From Candidatus Micrarchaeia archaeon (GTDB taxonomy: Archaea > Micrarchaeota > Micrarchaeia > Burarchaeales > JACRGF01), in NCBI GenBank assembly GCA_038870455.1, contig JAWCPB010000006.1:1-40287 (forward strand): a stretch of 40,287 nucleotides of DNA. The letters are read 5' to 3'. The notes under the pieces were generated by a model. It did no database searches, was not told where the DNA came from, and saw only the letters and a program-made list of their open reading frames with translations. Position 1 is the stretch's first letter. Each line of letters starts with the position of its first letter. This document shows positions 25,941 to 35,080 of the stretch, piece after piece. Made by a program: the position numbers and the translations under genes.

Positions 25941-27194
25941 GTGTTGAAAGCGGTTGTTCTCGCGGCTGGGGAGGGAAAGAGGCTGCGGCCCCTGACCTAC
26001 ACGAGGCCCAAGTGCATGATTCACCTGGCGGGCAAGCCCGTTCTCGAGCACGTGCTGCTGGCGCTCAAGGGAGCGGGCGTGAAGGAAGCCGTCGTGGTGG
26101 TCAAGTACCTCGAGGATGTCGTCAGGAAATACTTCGGTGACGGAAGGAAGCTGGGGATGAGGCTGCGTTTCGTCACGCAGGGAGAGGAGTACGGCACGGC
26201 CGCGGCTTTCCTGTGCGCCAAAGAACTTGTTGAGGACGAGCCGTTCATCGGCATGGCGGGCGACGTCATAACTGAAGCCGGCTTTGTCAAAAGGCTCGTG
26301 AGGGAGCACGACGGCGAGGCGATCACGATGGGGCTCAAGGCGGTGCGGGAGCCGGGCGAGTACGGCGTGGCCGAGCTGCGGGGAAGCCGCGTGGTGGCTT
26401 TCGAGGAAAAGCCAGCCTCTCCGAGAAGCAACCTCGTGAACGCCAGCGTGTACGTGTTCGAGCCCAAGGTGTTTCCCGTCCTTGAAAAGCTGCAGCCCAC
26501 TTCCAGAGGCGAGGTGGAGGTAACCGATGCGGTGAGGGAGCTGTGCGGAAGGGGGGAAGTGAAGGGCGTGGCGGGCGAGGAGTACTGGCTTGACATGGGC
26601 ATGCCCTGGCACCTTTTCGACGCCAACGAGTTCCTGCTCGGAAGGTTGCGGGCGAGAGCCGGAAAGGTCGAGAATTCGACCGTGAAGGGAAAACTCATCA
26701 TGGAAAAGGGCGCGGTCATACACAATTCCTATGTAGAAGGAACGGTTTATGTCGGCGCGGACACTTCGGTTGGGCCCCACGCATTCCTCAGGGGAACGAC
26801 GAGCATCGGGCGGGAATGCGACATAGGCGATTCGACAACGGTGAAGAACAGCATAATCTTCGACAGGGTGAACGCCAAGCACCTGACCTACATCGGCGAC
26901 AGCATCATAGGCGAGGGATGTAACTTCGGCGCGGGCACCCAGATAGCCAACTTTCGCTTCGACGAGGCGCCGGTGAAGGCGGAGGTGGAGGGGCGCGTGA
27001 TGGACACCATGCGCACAAAGCTCGGTGCGATGATAGGCGACGAGGTCAAGACGGGTGTGCTGTCCTGCATCATGCCCGGAAAGCTCGTGGGCGACCACTC
27101 CTGGATAGGCGCGGGCGTTGTCGTGGAGCAGAACATCCCAAGGCAGACCGCCGTATTCGCGGAGCAGAAGCTCGTTTTCAAGAAGAGGGAGTGA
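25941..27194 (+). CDS. glmU: Archaeal bifunctional sugar-1-phosphate nucleotidylyltransferase/acetyltransferase (GlmU-like)
   Basis: LAAGEGKRLRPLT...PK, EKP, left-handed beta-helix repeats, HLTYIGDSIIG, NFGAGT..AN.RFD. Confidence 0.9.
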   Translation: MLKAVVLAAGEGKRLRPLTYTRPKCMIHLAGKPVLEHVLLALKGAGVKEAVVVVKYLEDVVRKYFGDGRKLGMRLRFVTQGEEYGTAAAFLCAKELVEDEPFIGMAGDVITEAGFVKRLVREHDGEAITMGLKAVREPGEYGVAELRGSRVVAFEEKPASPRSNLVNASVYVFEPKVFPVLEKLQPTSRGEVEVTDAVRELCGRGEVKGVAGEEYWLDMGMPWHLFDANEFLLGRLRARAGKVENSTVKGKLIMEKGAVIHNSYVEGTVYVGADTSVGPHAFLRGTTSIGRECDIGDSTTVKNSIIFDRVNAKHLTYIGDSIIGEGCNFGAGTQIANFRFDEAPVKAEVEGRVMDTMRTKLGAMIGDEVKTGVLSCIMPGKLVGDHSWIGAGVVVEQNIPRQTAVFAEQKLVFKKRE

Positions 27195-27198
27195 GCGG

Positions 27199-28029
27199 TT
27201 GAAGCTGATTGTTGGAATAGACCCCGGCGCAACGGTCGGCGTGGCCGCACTGGACTTGAGCGGCCGCCTGGTGGCACTCGCCAGCGGGCGCGGGTGGGGA
27301 AAAGAGGAAATAGTCGAACGGATCCGGGCGGTCGGCTCACCCGCCATCTTTGCCTGTGATGTACGCTCCCCGCCCGACCTTCTGCTCAGGCTCGCCGGCT
27401 CTTTCAACGCCCACCTCTACGCTCCTGAGAAGGATTTGAGGGAAGAGGAGAAGAGGGAGCTCGCGGGGGGAACGCCATGCGCGAACGAGCACGAGATGGA
27501 CGCGCTGGCGGCCGCGAAAAAAGCCTTTCACTCTGTGGAGAACAAGCTGAGGCAGGTCGCCAAGGCGCTCACCGAAGAAGGCCTGGAGGCTGAGGAAGAG
27601 TTCGCCAAAAGTCTCGTGCTGGCCGGAACAAGCCTCAGCAACGTGCTCGCTCTGCTCAAGGCGCGGAGGCTGGCTGTGATGGTGCGAGCCGGTGAAGCCA
27701 CTCCGGAAAAGAAGCGGAGTGTCGAAGAGGAGGTCGAGCGGCTCGCCGCCGAACTCGAGGCCGCTCTTCAGGCGAACGCCGAGCTCAGGAAGAGGACGGA
27801 GAGGCTCGCCGCCCAGCTGGCTTCGGCGAGGGAGGAGGCCGAGAGGGCGCGCTCGGGCATGACCGAAAGGCTACGCAGGGAGGCCGAGCTGCTGAAGAGG
27901 GAGGCAGAGATAAGGAGGCTCAGGAGGACCATCGCGGGGTTGCGGAGAAAGGAGTTTTTAAAAAGATTGGGAAAGAAAAAAACTGCGCCTGACTTGGAGA
28001 AAATCATCAGCGAATACCGCAGGGACTGA
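27199..28029 (+). CDS. DUF460-family protein (RNase H-like N-terminus plus coiled coil)
   Basis: [35 protein letters not shown]-terminal heptads. TTG start at 27199. Confidence 0.8.
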   Translation: MKLIVGIDPGATVGVAALDLSGRLVALASGRGWGKEEIVERIRAVGSPAIFACDVRSPPDLLLRLAGSFNAHLYAPEKDLREEEKRELAGGTPCANEHEMDALAAAKKAFHSVENKLRQVAKALTEEGLEAEEEFAKSLVLAGTSLSNVLALLKARRLAVMVRAGEATPEKKRSVEEEVERLAAELEAALQANAELRKRTERLAAQLASAREEAERARSGMTERLRREAELLKREAEIRRLRRTIAGLRRKEFLKRLGKKKTAPDLEKIISEYRRD

Positions 28030-28043
28030 AGGGAGGTGGGAAC

Positions 28044-28346
28044 ATGGAAGGGCAGGAGAAAAAGACAAAGGAGGGCCAGGGGGAGAACGCCATTTACATA
28101 GGCAAGAAGGGTGTGATGAGCTATGTCTTGGCAGTCGTGACGCAGTTCAACAATAACGCCAGCGAGGTGTCGATCAGGGCCAGGGGGAAGGTCATTTCAA
28201 GGGCTGTTGATGTGGCCGAGATAGTCCGGAACCGCTTTGTTCCGGAGGCCAAGGTCAAGGCCATCAACATCTCCACTGACGAGCTGACTAACGAGGACGG
28301 CACGAAGAGCAAGGTCTCGGCGATTGAGATCGTCCTCTCCAAGTAG
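28044..28346 (+). CDS. albA: Chromatin protein Alba
   Basis: [39 protein letters not shown]. Confidence 0.96.
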   Translation: MEGQEKKTKEGQGENAIYIGKKGVMSYVLAVVTQFNNNASEVSIRARGKVISRAVDVAEIVRNRFVPEAKVKAINISTDELTNEDGTKSKVSAIEIVLSK

Positions 28347-28367
28347 CATTCTTTCCCGGGTGGGGTT

Positions 28368-28865
28368 TTGAAGCTGCCGATTTGCGAGCTATGCGCATCC
28401 ACAAGCGTTCTGTGCTCAGGCTGCAGCGAGCGCCTAGCTGAGGGCAGGCTCACCCAGCTTGATGTGGATGCCAGCAGGCTCCTCCACCGCCTCGCGGCTG
28501 ACCACCCGCTCGAGAACATCGAGCTCAAGCGCGCGCTTGACCTCGGCAAGGTCGTGCTGCTTCTTGTGAGGGGCGACGTGGGTGCGCTCATCGGCAGGGA
28601 AGGCAGGGTCGTGAATGAGATTTCAAAGGGGCTGGGAAAAAAGGTGCGCATAGCAGAGGACGCCGGCGACCTGAAGAAGATGCTGGCCGACATCGTCTCG
28701 CCCGCGCGCGTGCTCGGCATAAACCAGGTTTTCAAGAGAGAAGGCACCGCGTTCAGAATACGCATTCCGAAAGCAGACATCCCCTCGCTTCCCGTGCCGC
28801 TGAGCGTGCTCGAGAAGGCGCTTGCCAGCCTGTTCAGCGCGCCCGCGGAAATTTTTTTCGAGTGA
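28368..28865 (+). CDS. NusA-like KH-domain protein with N-terminal Zn-binding Cys cluster
   Basis: PICELC...LCSGC and KH GxxG motif LIGREG...LGKKVRI. Confidence 0.75.
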   Translation: MKLPICELCASTSVLCSGCSERLAEGRLTQLDVDASRLLHRLAADHPLENIELKRALDLGKVVLLLVRGDVGALIGREGRVVNEISKGLGKKVRIAEDAGDLKKMLADIVSPARVLGINQVFKREGTAFRIRIPKADIPSLPVPLSVLEKALASLFSAPAEIFFE

Positions 28866-28870
28866 TTGTC

Positions 28871-30166
28871 ATGCTCAGAACACACTATGCCAGCGAGGTC
28901 AAGCCCGACATGGCCGGCAGGCCGGTCACCCTGGCAGGCTGGGTGCATGAGATCCGTGACTTGGGCAAGCTCAAGTTTCTTGTTCTCAGGGACCGGAGCG
29001 GTCTCATTCAGGTCACGGCAAAGGCGGGTGAGGTCGAGCAGGATGTGCTGCGCGCATTCAAGCTCGTAAAGGAAACTGTCGTGCAGGTCGAGGGGCTGGT
29101 CAGGAAGGAAAAGCAGGCGCCCGGAGGCCGTGAGGTTATTCCGTCGCGCATCACCGTCATCGGGCCGGTCACCCAGCCCATTCCGTTCGAGGTGACCGGC
29201 AAGGTGCCCGCGGACATTGACGTGAGGCTTGACAACAGGCACATTGACCTGCGCAGGCTCGAGTCGCAGGCCATCTTCAGGATAAAGGCCGAGCTGCAGT
29301 GGGCTTTCAGGGAGGGGCTGAGGGCCAAGGGCTTTCAGGAAATCATTCCCACTTGCATCGCAGCGGCGGCAACCGAAGGCGGAACAAACCTGTTTCCGGT
29401 CGTGTATTTTGAGAAAGAGGCTTTTCTCGTGCAGTCCCCGCAGCTGTACAAGCAGATGGCCGTGGTGGGTGGCATGGACAAGGTGTTCATGACCGTTCCA
29501 GTCTTCCGCGCGGAGCCGCACAACACGACAACCCACCTCAACGAAGTGTACCAGATGGACATAGAGATGGGCTTCGCCGACCACAACGACGTCATGGACA
29601 TCCTGTCGGACATTCTCATCTACATGCTGAAGAGCGCAAAGAAAAACTGCGCCGAAGACCTCGCCCTGCTGGGCGCCGAAGCACGCATCCCGCGGGAAGT
29701 AAAGCGCCACACCTACTCTTCGCTCGTCGAGCTGCTGCAGAAGAACGGCGTGAGCATAGAGTGGGGCGAGGACTTCTCGCGCGAGCACGAAAAGAGGATA
29801 GTCGAGCTGCTGAACGAAGAGGCTTACCTCATCACCGACTGGCCCACCAAAGTACGCGCGTTCTATTCCATGCCAAAGGAGGATAACCCAGAGATGTGCA
29901 ACGCTTTTGACCTCATGTACAGGGGCCTCGAGATAGCAAGCGGAGCGCAGCGGATTCACATACCGGAGTTGCTTGAAAAACAGCTACGCGCGCGCGGCCT
30001 CAACCCAGCGAACTTCGAGTTCTACATACGCGCCTTCCGCATGGGCGCGCCGCCGCACGCGGGCTGGAGCATCGGCCTCGAGCGGCTTGCCATGAAGCTC
30101 TGCGGCCTGTCCAACATCCGCGAGGCAGCGTTGTTTCCAAGGGACAGGAACAGGATAACGCCGTGA
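28871..30166 (+). CDS. aspS: Aspartyl-tRNA synthetase, archaeal type (probably non-discriminating)
   Basis: GWVHEIRDLG, QAPGG, QSPQLYKQ, FRAE, GAQRIH, PPHAG...GLER, FPRD. GTG at 28862 is an alternative start. Confidence 0.95.
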   Translation: MLRTHYASEVKPDMAGRPVTLAGWVHEIRDLGKLKFLVLRDRSGLIQVTAKAGEVEQDVLRAFKLVKETVVQVEGLVRKEKQAPGGREVIPSRITVIGPVTQPIPFEVTGKVPADIDVRLDNRHIDLRRLESQAIFRIKAELQWAFREGLRAKGFQEIIPTCIAAAATEGGTNLFPVVYFEKEAFLVQSPQLYKQMAVVGGMDKVFMTVPVFRAEPHNTTTHLNEVYQMDIEMGFADHNDVMDILSDILIYMLKSAKKNCAEDLALLGAEARIPREVKRHTYSSLVELLQKNGVSIEWGEDFSREHEKRIVELLNEEAYLITDWPTKVRAFYSMPKEDNPEMCNAFDLMYRGLEIASGAQRIHIPELLEKQLRARGLNPANFEFYIRAFRMGAPPHAGWSIGLERLAMKLCGLSNIREAALFPRDRNRITP

Positions 30167-30170
30167 GTCG

Positions 30171-30308
30171 ATGGGCGGAATGAACAGGATGCCCAGGAAC
30201 CCGTCTTTGGAAGAGAGGATGAAGTGGCATCTCGCGCACGCGAAAAACTGTTCCTGCAGGCCGATTCCCAAGAAACTGCTTTCTGAAATGAAGAAGAGGC
30301 GGCGTTAG
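30171..30308 (+). CDS. Small His/Cys protein (45 aa)
   Basis: MGGMNRMPRNPSLEERMKWHLAHAKNCSCRPIPKKLLSEMKKRRR fills the gap after aspS; WHxxHxxxCxC motif. Below the ORF-track cutoff. Confidence 0.6.
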   Translation: MGGMNRMPRNPSLEERMKWHLAHAKNCSCRPIPKKLLSEMKKRRR

Positions 30309-30310
30309 CC

Positions 30311-30886
30311 TCAAGCAGGAGGAGGCACGAGTTCTTTCGGAAGCTCGGCGTACTCGGCTTTTCTTTCTCCTTTGTAGAAGATGAGCGCGGTCTCGACTAT
30401 CGCCACGATGACTCCAACGAAAACGAACACGAGCGCGCCGATGAGTAGCGGCAGCAGCGCGGCCGCGACCGGCACGAGGCGGTTCTCCTCCTTTCTCGCG
30501 GCAAAGCCGGCGAGGCCAGAGAAAAGCACGAGCAGAATCCACATGGCGTCGCAGACGACCACGAGGTTGCCGAGCGCCGCCGCGTCAGCCAGGCCGGCGC
30601 ACCCGCTCTTGGGGCCGAACGCCAGGAAGTTCGCCGCCTCCGTAATCGGGACGATGCAGTTTCCGGCAGTGCAGTAGCCCTCCCTGCAGTCCGCGGTCAC
30701 GCTGCACGGCGAGCCCACCGCGTACCTCGTCACGGCAGGGTTGATGCACGTCCCCGTCTCGTTCGAGCAGTAGCCAAGCGAGCAGTCGAGCGTGTAGTTG
30801 CATGGCTCGCCCACTCCGGAAAGCGCGGGTGAGGAAGAGGATAACGCCAGGAAGAGCGCGCCGATGGCCAGCAGGGCTTTCCTCAT
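30311..30886 (-). CDS. Secreted-domain membrane protein with two Cys-rich repeats
   Basis: Signal peptide MRKALLAIGALFLALS; repeats GEPCNYTLDCSLGYC...GTCI and GSPCSVTADCREGYC..GNCI; about 3 C-terminal TM helices. Confidence 0.75.
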   Translation of the reverse strand: MRKALLAIGALFLALSSSSPALSGVGEPCNYTLDCSLGYCSNETGTCINPAVTRYAVGSPCSVTADCREGYCTAGNCIVPITEAANFLAFGPKSGCAGLADAAALGNLVVVCDAMWILLVLFSGLAGFAARKEENRLVPVAAALLPLLIGALVFVFVGVIVAIVETALIFYKGERKAEYAELPKELVPPPA

Positions 30887-30909
30887 CCAAAGACTTTCCC
30901 GACGGATAT

Positions 30910-31449
30910 TTAAAAGCCTTTTGTGGCTCGTCTCGCCAACTCACCGCTCCAGCTCACCCAGCCGGCCCTGAAGCGGCCTCCTTTTCCTTTGAGTATTTCG
31001 GCAACCGATTTTTCCACGTTTTTTCCGGTCGTATCCACTTCGAAGACGCGCCCGTGTTTCTCCGTCGCGAGAATGGTGGCATAGTCGAGCGCCTCGGCGA
31101 GAGTGTTTTCGTTAACTTTCTTTTTGGCATACCCTCTTGCTTTCAGTCTCTTCTCCAAAACCCGCGGGTGCGTCCTCGTCACAATCACCAAATCAACCGG
31201 AAGCCTCATCTCGCACCCAAGGTGGCCTTCCACGACAGCGTTTTTCTCCCGCCTCAGCAGGCGCGCGAGCTCCTTCTCGAGCGGCTTCATCCTCGCCACG
31301 AGCGTGCCGCCCCGCTCAATCCTCGAATACAGTTTTTTCTCCCTCACCAGCTCGTTTATGGAAATCAGCCTCGCCCCCAGCCTCCTCGCGATGAATGGCG
31401 CGAGCGAGCTCTTTCCTGTTCCCGGCACCCCTGTAACCAGCACGCGCAT
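30910..31449 (-). CDS. Adenylate kinase, AK6/Fap7 family
   Basis: VTGVPGTGKS, VVEGHL, L.KRL..RGY...KV.EN..AE, EVDTT. ATG at 31449. Confidence 0.9.
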   Translation of the reverse strand: MRVLVTGVPGTGKSSLAPFIARRLGARLISINELVREKKLYSRIERGGTLVARMKPLEKELARLLRREKNAVVEGHLGCEMRLPVDLVIVTRTHPRVLEKRLKARGYAKKKVNENTLAEALDYATILATEKHGRVFEVDTTGKNVEKSVAEILKGKGGRFRAGWVSWSGELARRATKGF

Positions 31450-31480
31450 GGATTTAAAATGCCGCAGAAGGAATAAGAGC

Positions 31481-32305
31481 ATGCGCCTTCCTGCGGTTGC
31501 CGGGCAGTTCTATCATGCTGACGCGCGCGCTCTTGCGAGGGACATTGACGGCATGCTCGCGGGGGCGGGCGCTTCGAAGGCGAGAGGGCTCGCCGCGCTC
31601 GTGTGCCCGCACGCGGGCCACATTTACTCGGGAGGCATCGCCGCGCATTCCTTCGCCGCGCTCCAGGCCGCTTTTCCCTCGCCCCCTTCACTCGTTCTCG
31701 TGGGCCCGAACCACACGGGCGCGGGCTCGCCCGTGGCCCTGTCGCTGCAGGACTGGCAGACTCCGCTCGGGATTGCCAGGAACGACAGCGAGCTTGGAAA
31801 AGCGGTTGCAAAAGCCGGAAACACGATTGACTTTGACGAGGAGGCGCACCGCTTTGAGCACTCGCTCGAAGTGCAGCTTCCCTTCCTCCAGCGCATCTAT
31901 CCCGCCGGCTTCAGCTTTGTCCCCATCTGCATCGGCGCGCAGGGGCTTGACAGCGCGCGCGATGTCGCGCTGGCGGTCGCCAAGGCCGCGATGGCGCTGA
32001 AGAGGAATGTCGTCCTCATCGCCTCGAGCGACTTCACCCACTACGAGCCCGCGGAGGAAGCAAAGAAAAAGGACGGTCGCGCGCTTGAAAAAATACTCGC
32101 CCTCGACTCGGCCGGCTTTGTCGCGCTGGTGGAGCGCGAGCGCCTGTCCATCTGCGGCTACGGCCCCGTGGCCTGCGCGATCGAGTACGCCAAACTACGC
32201 GGGTGTGGAAAGGGCGTTATCCTCAAGTACGGCAACAGCGGCGATGCGAGCGGCGACTACTCCTCTGTCGTCGCCTACGCAAGTATTATATTCGCGGAAG
32301 GGTGA
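31481..32305 (+). CDS. MEMO1 family protein (AmmeMemoRadiSam protein B)
   Basis: RLPAVAGQFY, PHAGHIYSG, GPNHTG, EHSLEVQLPFLQ, ASSDFTHY, CGYGP. Confidence 0.92.
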   Translation: MRLPAVAGQFYHADARALARDIDGMLAGAGASKARGLAALVCPHAGHIYSGGIAAHSFAALQAAFPSPPSLVLVGPNHTGAGSPVALSLQDWQTPLGIARNDSELGKAVAKAGNTIDFDEEAHRFEHSLEVQLPFLQRIYPAGFSFVPICIGAQGLDSARDVALAVAKAAMALKRNVVLIASSDFTHYEPAEEAKKKDGRALEKILALDSAGFVALVERERLSICGYGPVACAIEYAKLRGCGKGVILKYGNSGDASGDYSSVVAYASIIFAEG

Positions 32306-32313
32306 AGAAGGGC

Positions 32314-33375
32314 ATGGCAGGCCGCACACCGGACAGGAAGGGCGCGCACGTGAGGATTTCGCTGGAGGAGAGGGTGGAGTCGCGCTCGCCGGCCGGCTTT
32401 GACGACGTGAGGCTCCTTCACAACCCCCTTCCCGAGCTGGGGCTCGGCGACATTGAGCTTGGTGTGCGCTTTCTGGGAAAGCGGCTGGCCGCACCCCTCG
32501 TCATCACGGCCATGACGGGCGGTTTCAAGCAAGCCGGCAAAATAAACAAGGAGATCGCGGCTGCTGCCGAAGCCGAGGGAATAGCGTTCGGCCTCGGCTC
32601 GCAGAGGGCGATGATCGAGCAGCCGTCGCTGGCCGGAACCTATTACGTCCGGGACGCTGCGCCCAAGACGCTCGTCCTCGGGAACATCGGCGCTGCGCAG
32701 CTCAAGGAATTCCCGCTGGAGAAAATCGAGTGGGCTGTGGCAAAGTCTGAAGTCGATGCGCTCGCCATTCACCTCAACCCTCTTCAGGAAGCTGTTCAGA
32801 GGGAAGGCGATAAGGACTTCGGCGGCTGCCTCAAGGTCATCGAGCGCGCTTGCGAGAAGCTCAGCATTCCGGTCATCGCGAAGGAAACGGGCGCGGGAAT
32901 ACCCGCTGAGGCCGCGCTGCGCCTGCAGGAGGCTGGCGTCAAAGCCGTCGACGTCTCCGGCTTGGGCGGGACATCATGGGCCCTTGTGGAGGGCTATCGT
33001 TCGCCGCACATCACGGGCTTCGACGACTGGGGAATTCCCACTGTGGTGTGCATCGCAGAAGCCGCGCGCGCGCTCGTCATTCCGGTCATCGGCTCGGGCG
33101 GAGTGCGCAGCGGCCTTGACGCCGCCAAGTGCATCGCGCTCGGAGCCGCGCTAGCGGGCGCCAGCCTCCCCTTCCTCAAGGCGTGGAACAAGGGAGGAGC
33201 GGAGGGCGTTCGCTCGCTCGCCGGCTTGTGGAAGAGGCAGCTGCGGACGGCCATGCTGCTCACCGGAAGCAGGGACTTGGAGGGCCTCCGCAAGACCAGG
33301 GTGCTGGTTTCCGGAAAGAGCGCCGAGCTCCTGCGCGCGAGGGGAATAGAGCCGAGGGAGTACGGAATGCGCTGA
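32314..33375 (+). CDS. fni: Type 2 isopentenyl-diphosphate delta-isomerase
   Basis: RKGAH, AMTGG, GSQR, HLNPLQE, KETGAG, GGTSW, SGGVRSG. ATG at 32314. Confidence 0.95.
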   Translation: MAGRTPDRKGAHVRISLEERVESRSPAGFDDVRLLHNPLPELGLGDIELGVRFLGKRLAAPLVITAMTGGFKQAGKINKEIAAAAEAEGIAFGLGSQRAMIEQPSLAGTYYVRDAAPKTLVLGNIGAAQLKEFPLEKIEWAVAKSEVDALAIHLNPLQEAVQREGDKDFGGCLKVIERACEKLSIPVIAKETGAGIPAEAALRLQEAGVKAVDVSGLGGTSWALVEGYRSPHITGFDDWGIPTVVCIAEAARALVIPVIGSGGVRSGLDAAKCIALGAALAGASLPFLKAWNKGGAEGVRSLAGLWKRQLRTAMLLTGSRDLEGLRKTRVLVSGKSAELLRARGIEPREYGMR

Positions 33376-33388
33376 AGCGCGTGATTGA

Positions 33389-35080
33389 ATGCTTTCAAGG
33401 GAGCTTGTTCTCAAACACGCGCTCAAGAACGCGGGCGATTACGGGAAGGCGGACGTGAAGGCTGTCGCGGGCAAGGTGCTCGCCGAAGCGCCGGAGGCGA
33501 AGAAAGACGTGAAGGCCGCGATGGCCCTTATTTCCGAAGTCGTTGCCGAAGTCAATGCCCTGCCGAGGGAAGAGATCGAGAGCAGGCTCTCGGCCTTCGC
33601 CTTTGCTGAGAAAAAGGAGGAGGCGAAAGGAATCGTTCTCCCGCACGCGGAGAAGGGAAGGGTCGTCACGCGCTTTCCCCCAGAGCCCAACGGCTGGCCT
33701 CACATAGGCCACGCCAAAGCCGCTTTCCTTGATTACGAGGCCGCGCGAGCCTACGGCGGGAGGTTCCTGGTGCGTTTCGACGACACGAACCCCGAAGCAG
33801 AAAAACAAGAGTACGCGGACGCGATCATTGAGGGCCTGCGCTGGCTGGGCATAACCTGGGATGAGCCCATAGCATACGCCAGCGATTCCCTGCCTTCTCT
33901 GTACGAGCATGCGAAAAAATTGATCGCGCAGGGCGACGCGTACGTCTGCGCCTGCCCTCCTGAAGAAATAAGAAAAAACCGCGCGGCCGGAAGGGCGTGC
34001 GCCTGCAGGCGCGCAGGCGCAGAGCACATCGACCTCTTCAACGACCTTCTCTCGGGTAAATTCGCCGAAGGCGAGGCCGTGGTGCGCTTCAAGTGTGACC
34101 TCAAAAGCCTCAACACGGCCATGCGCGACCCCACGCTCTTCCGCATCGTGGAAGCGCCGCACTACAGGCAGGGAAAGAAGTACAGGGTTTGGCCCTCCTA
34201 CGACTTCGAGGCGCCCATAATGGATTCCCTGCAGGGCATAACGCACGCCATGAGGACGAAGGAGTACGAGCTGCGTGACGAGCTTTATGTTTCGCTGCTT
34301 CAGAAACTCGGCCTCCGCATCCCGGTCATCGTGGAGTTCAGCCGCCTTTCTCTGCTGGGCTTTCCCGTCAGCAAACGCCTCCTCAAGCCTCTCGTTGAGG
34401 AAAGGAGGGTGAGCGGCTGGGACGACCCGCGCCTGCCCACGCTCGCCGGCCTGCGCAGGCGAGGCATCCAGCCCGAGGCCATCCGCCGCTTTGTGCTGGC
34501 CTTTGGCTTGGGCAAGACCGAGAGCGAGCCTACGATAGAGGCGCTGCTGGCTGAAAACAAGAAAATACTCGATCCGATCTCGCCGCGCTATTTCTTTGTT
34601 CCGGAGCCGGTAAGGCTAGTTGTGAAAAACGCGCCTGTCCTCATCGCCGAGCTCAAGAAGCATCCGAGCGCGGAGCTCGGCGTAAGGAAAGCCGCCACCC
34701 GCGGCGAGTTCTTCATTCCCAGAAGCGATGCGGCCGAGCTCAAGCCGGGCGAGGTTTTCCGCCTCAAGGACCTTTACAACGTCAGGGTGGTTTCGGTGAG
34801 CGAGAAAGAGGTGAAAGGCGAGTTCGCTGGCAGGGAGCTCACCGAGGGAAGCAGGAAACTCCAGTGGGTCAGCGAGCCGCTTGACTGCACTGTCCTTGTT
34901 CCCAACGAGCTGTTTGTTGGCGACAGATTCAACGAGAAAAGCCTTGAGGAAATAAATGGGGTGTGCGAGCGCGCGGCAGGCGAGCTCAAGCCCGGCGACA
35001 TCATTCAGTTCGAGAGGTTCGGCTTCTGCAAGCTCGAGGAAAAGAAAAAAAAGCTCACCTTCATCTACACAAACCCGTAA
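33389..35080 (+). CDS. gltX: Glutamyl-tRNA synthetase, archaeal type
   Basis: TRFPPEPNGWPHIGH, RFDDTNP, WPSYDF, VSKR, GWDDPRLPT...RRRG, QFERFGF. Confidence 0.95.
   Translation: MLSRELVLKHALKNAGDYGKADVKAVAGKVLAEAPEAKKDVKAAMALISEVVAEVNALPREEIESRLSAFAFAEKKEEAKGIVLPHAEKGRVVTRFPPEPNGWPHIGHAKAAFLDYEAARAYGGRFLVRFDDTNPEAEKQEYADAIIEGLRWLGITWDEPIAYASDSLPSLYEHAKKLIAQGDAYVCACPPEEIRKNRAAGRACACRRAGAEHIDLFNDLLSGKFAEGEAVVRFKCDLKSLNTAMRDPTLFRIVEAPHYRQGKKYRVWPSYDFEAPIMDSLQGITHAMRTKEYELRDELYVSLLQKLGLRIPVIVEFSRLSLLGFPVSKRLLKPLVEERRVSGWDDPRLPTLAGLRRRGIQPEAIRRFVLAFGLGKTESEPTIEALLAENKKILDPISPRYFFVPEPVRLVVKNAPVLIAELKKHPSAELGVRKAATRGEFFIPRSDAAELKPGEVFRLKDLYNVRVVSVSEKEVKGEFAGRELTEGSRKLQWVSEPLDCTVLVPNELFVGDRFNEKSLEEINGVCERAAGELKPGDIIQFERFGFCKLEEKKKKLTFIYTNP

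Noticed and set aside
28121-29959. 612-aa antisense ORF (likewise 25788-27407, 14290-15453, 18504-19613 and 36291-37370)
   Set aside because: These are shadow frames opposite well-supported genes, expected in high-GC coding DNA, and they carry no motifs.
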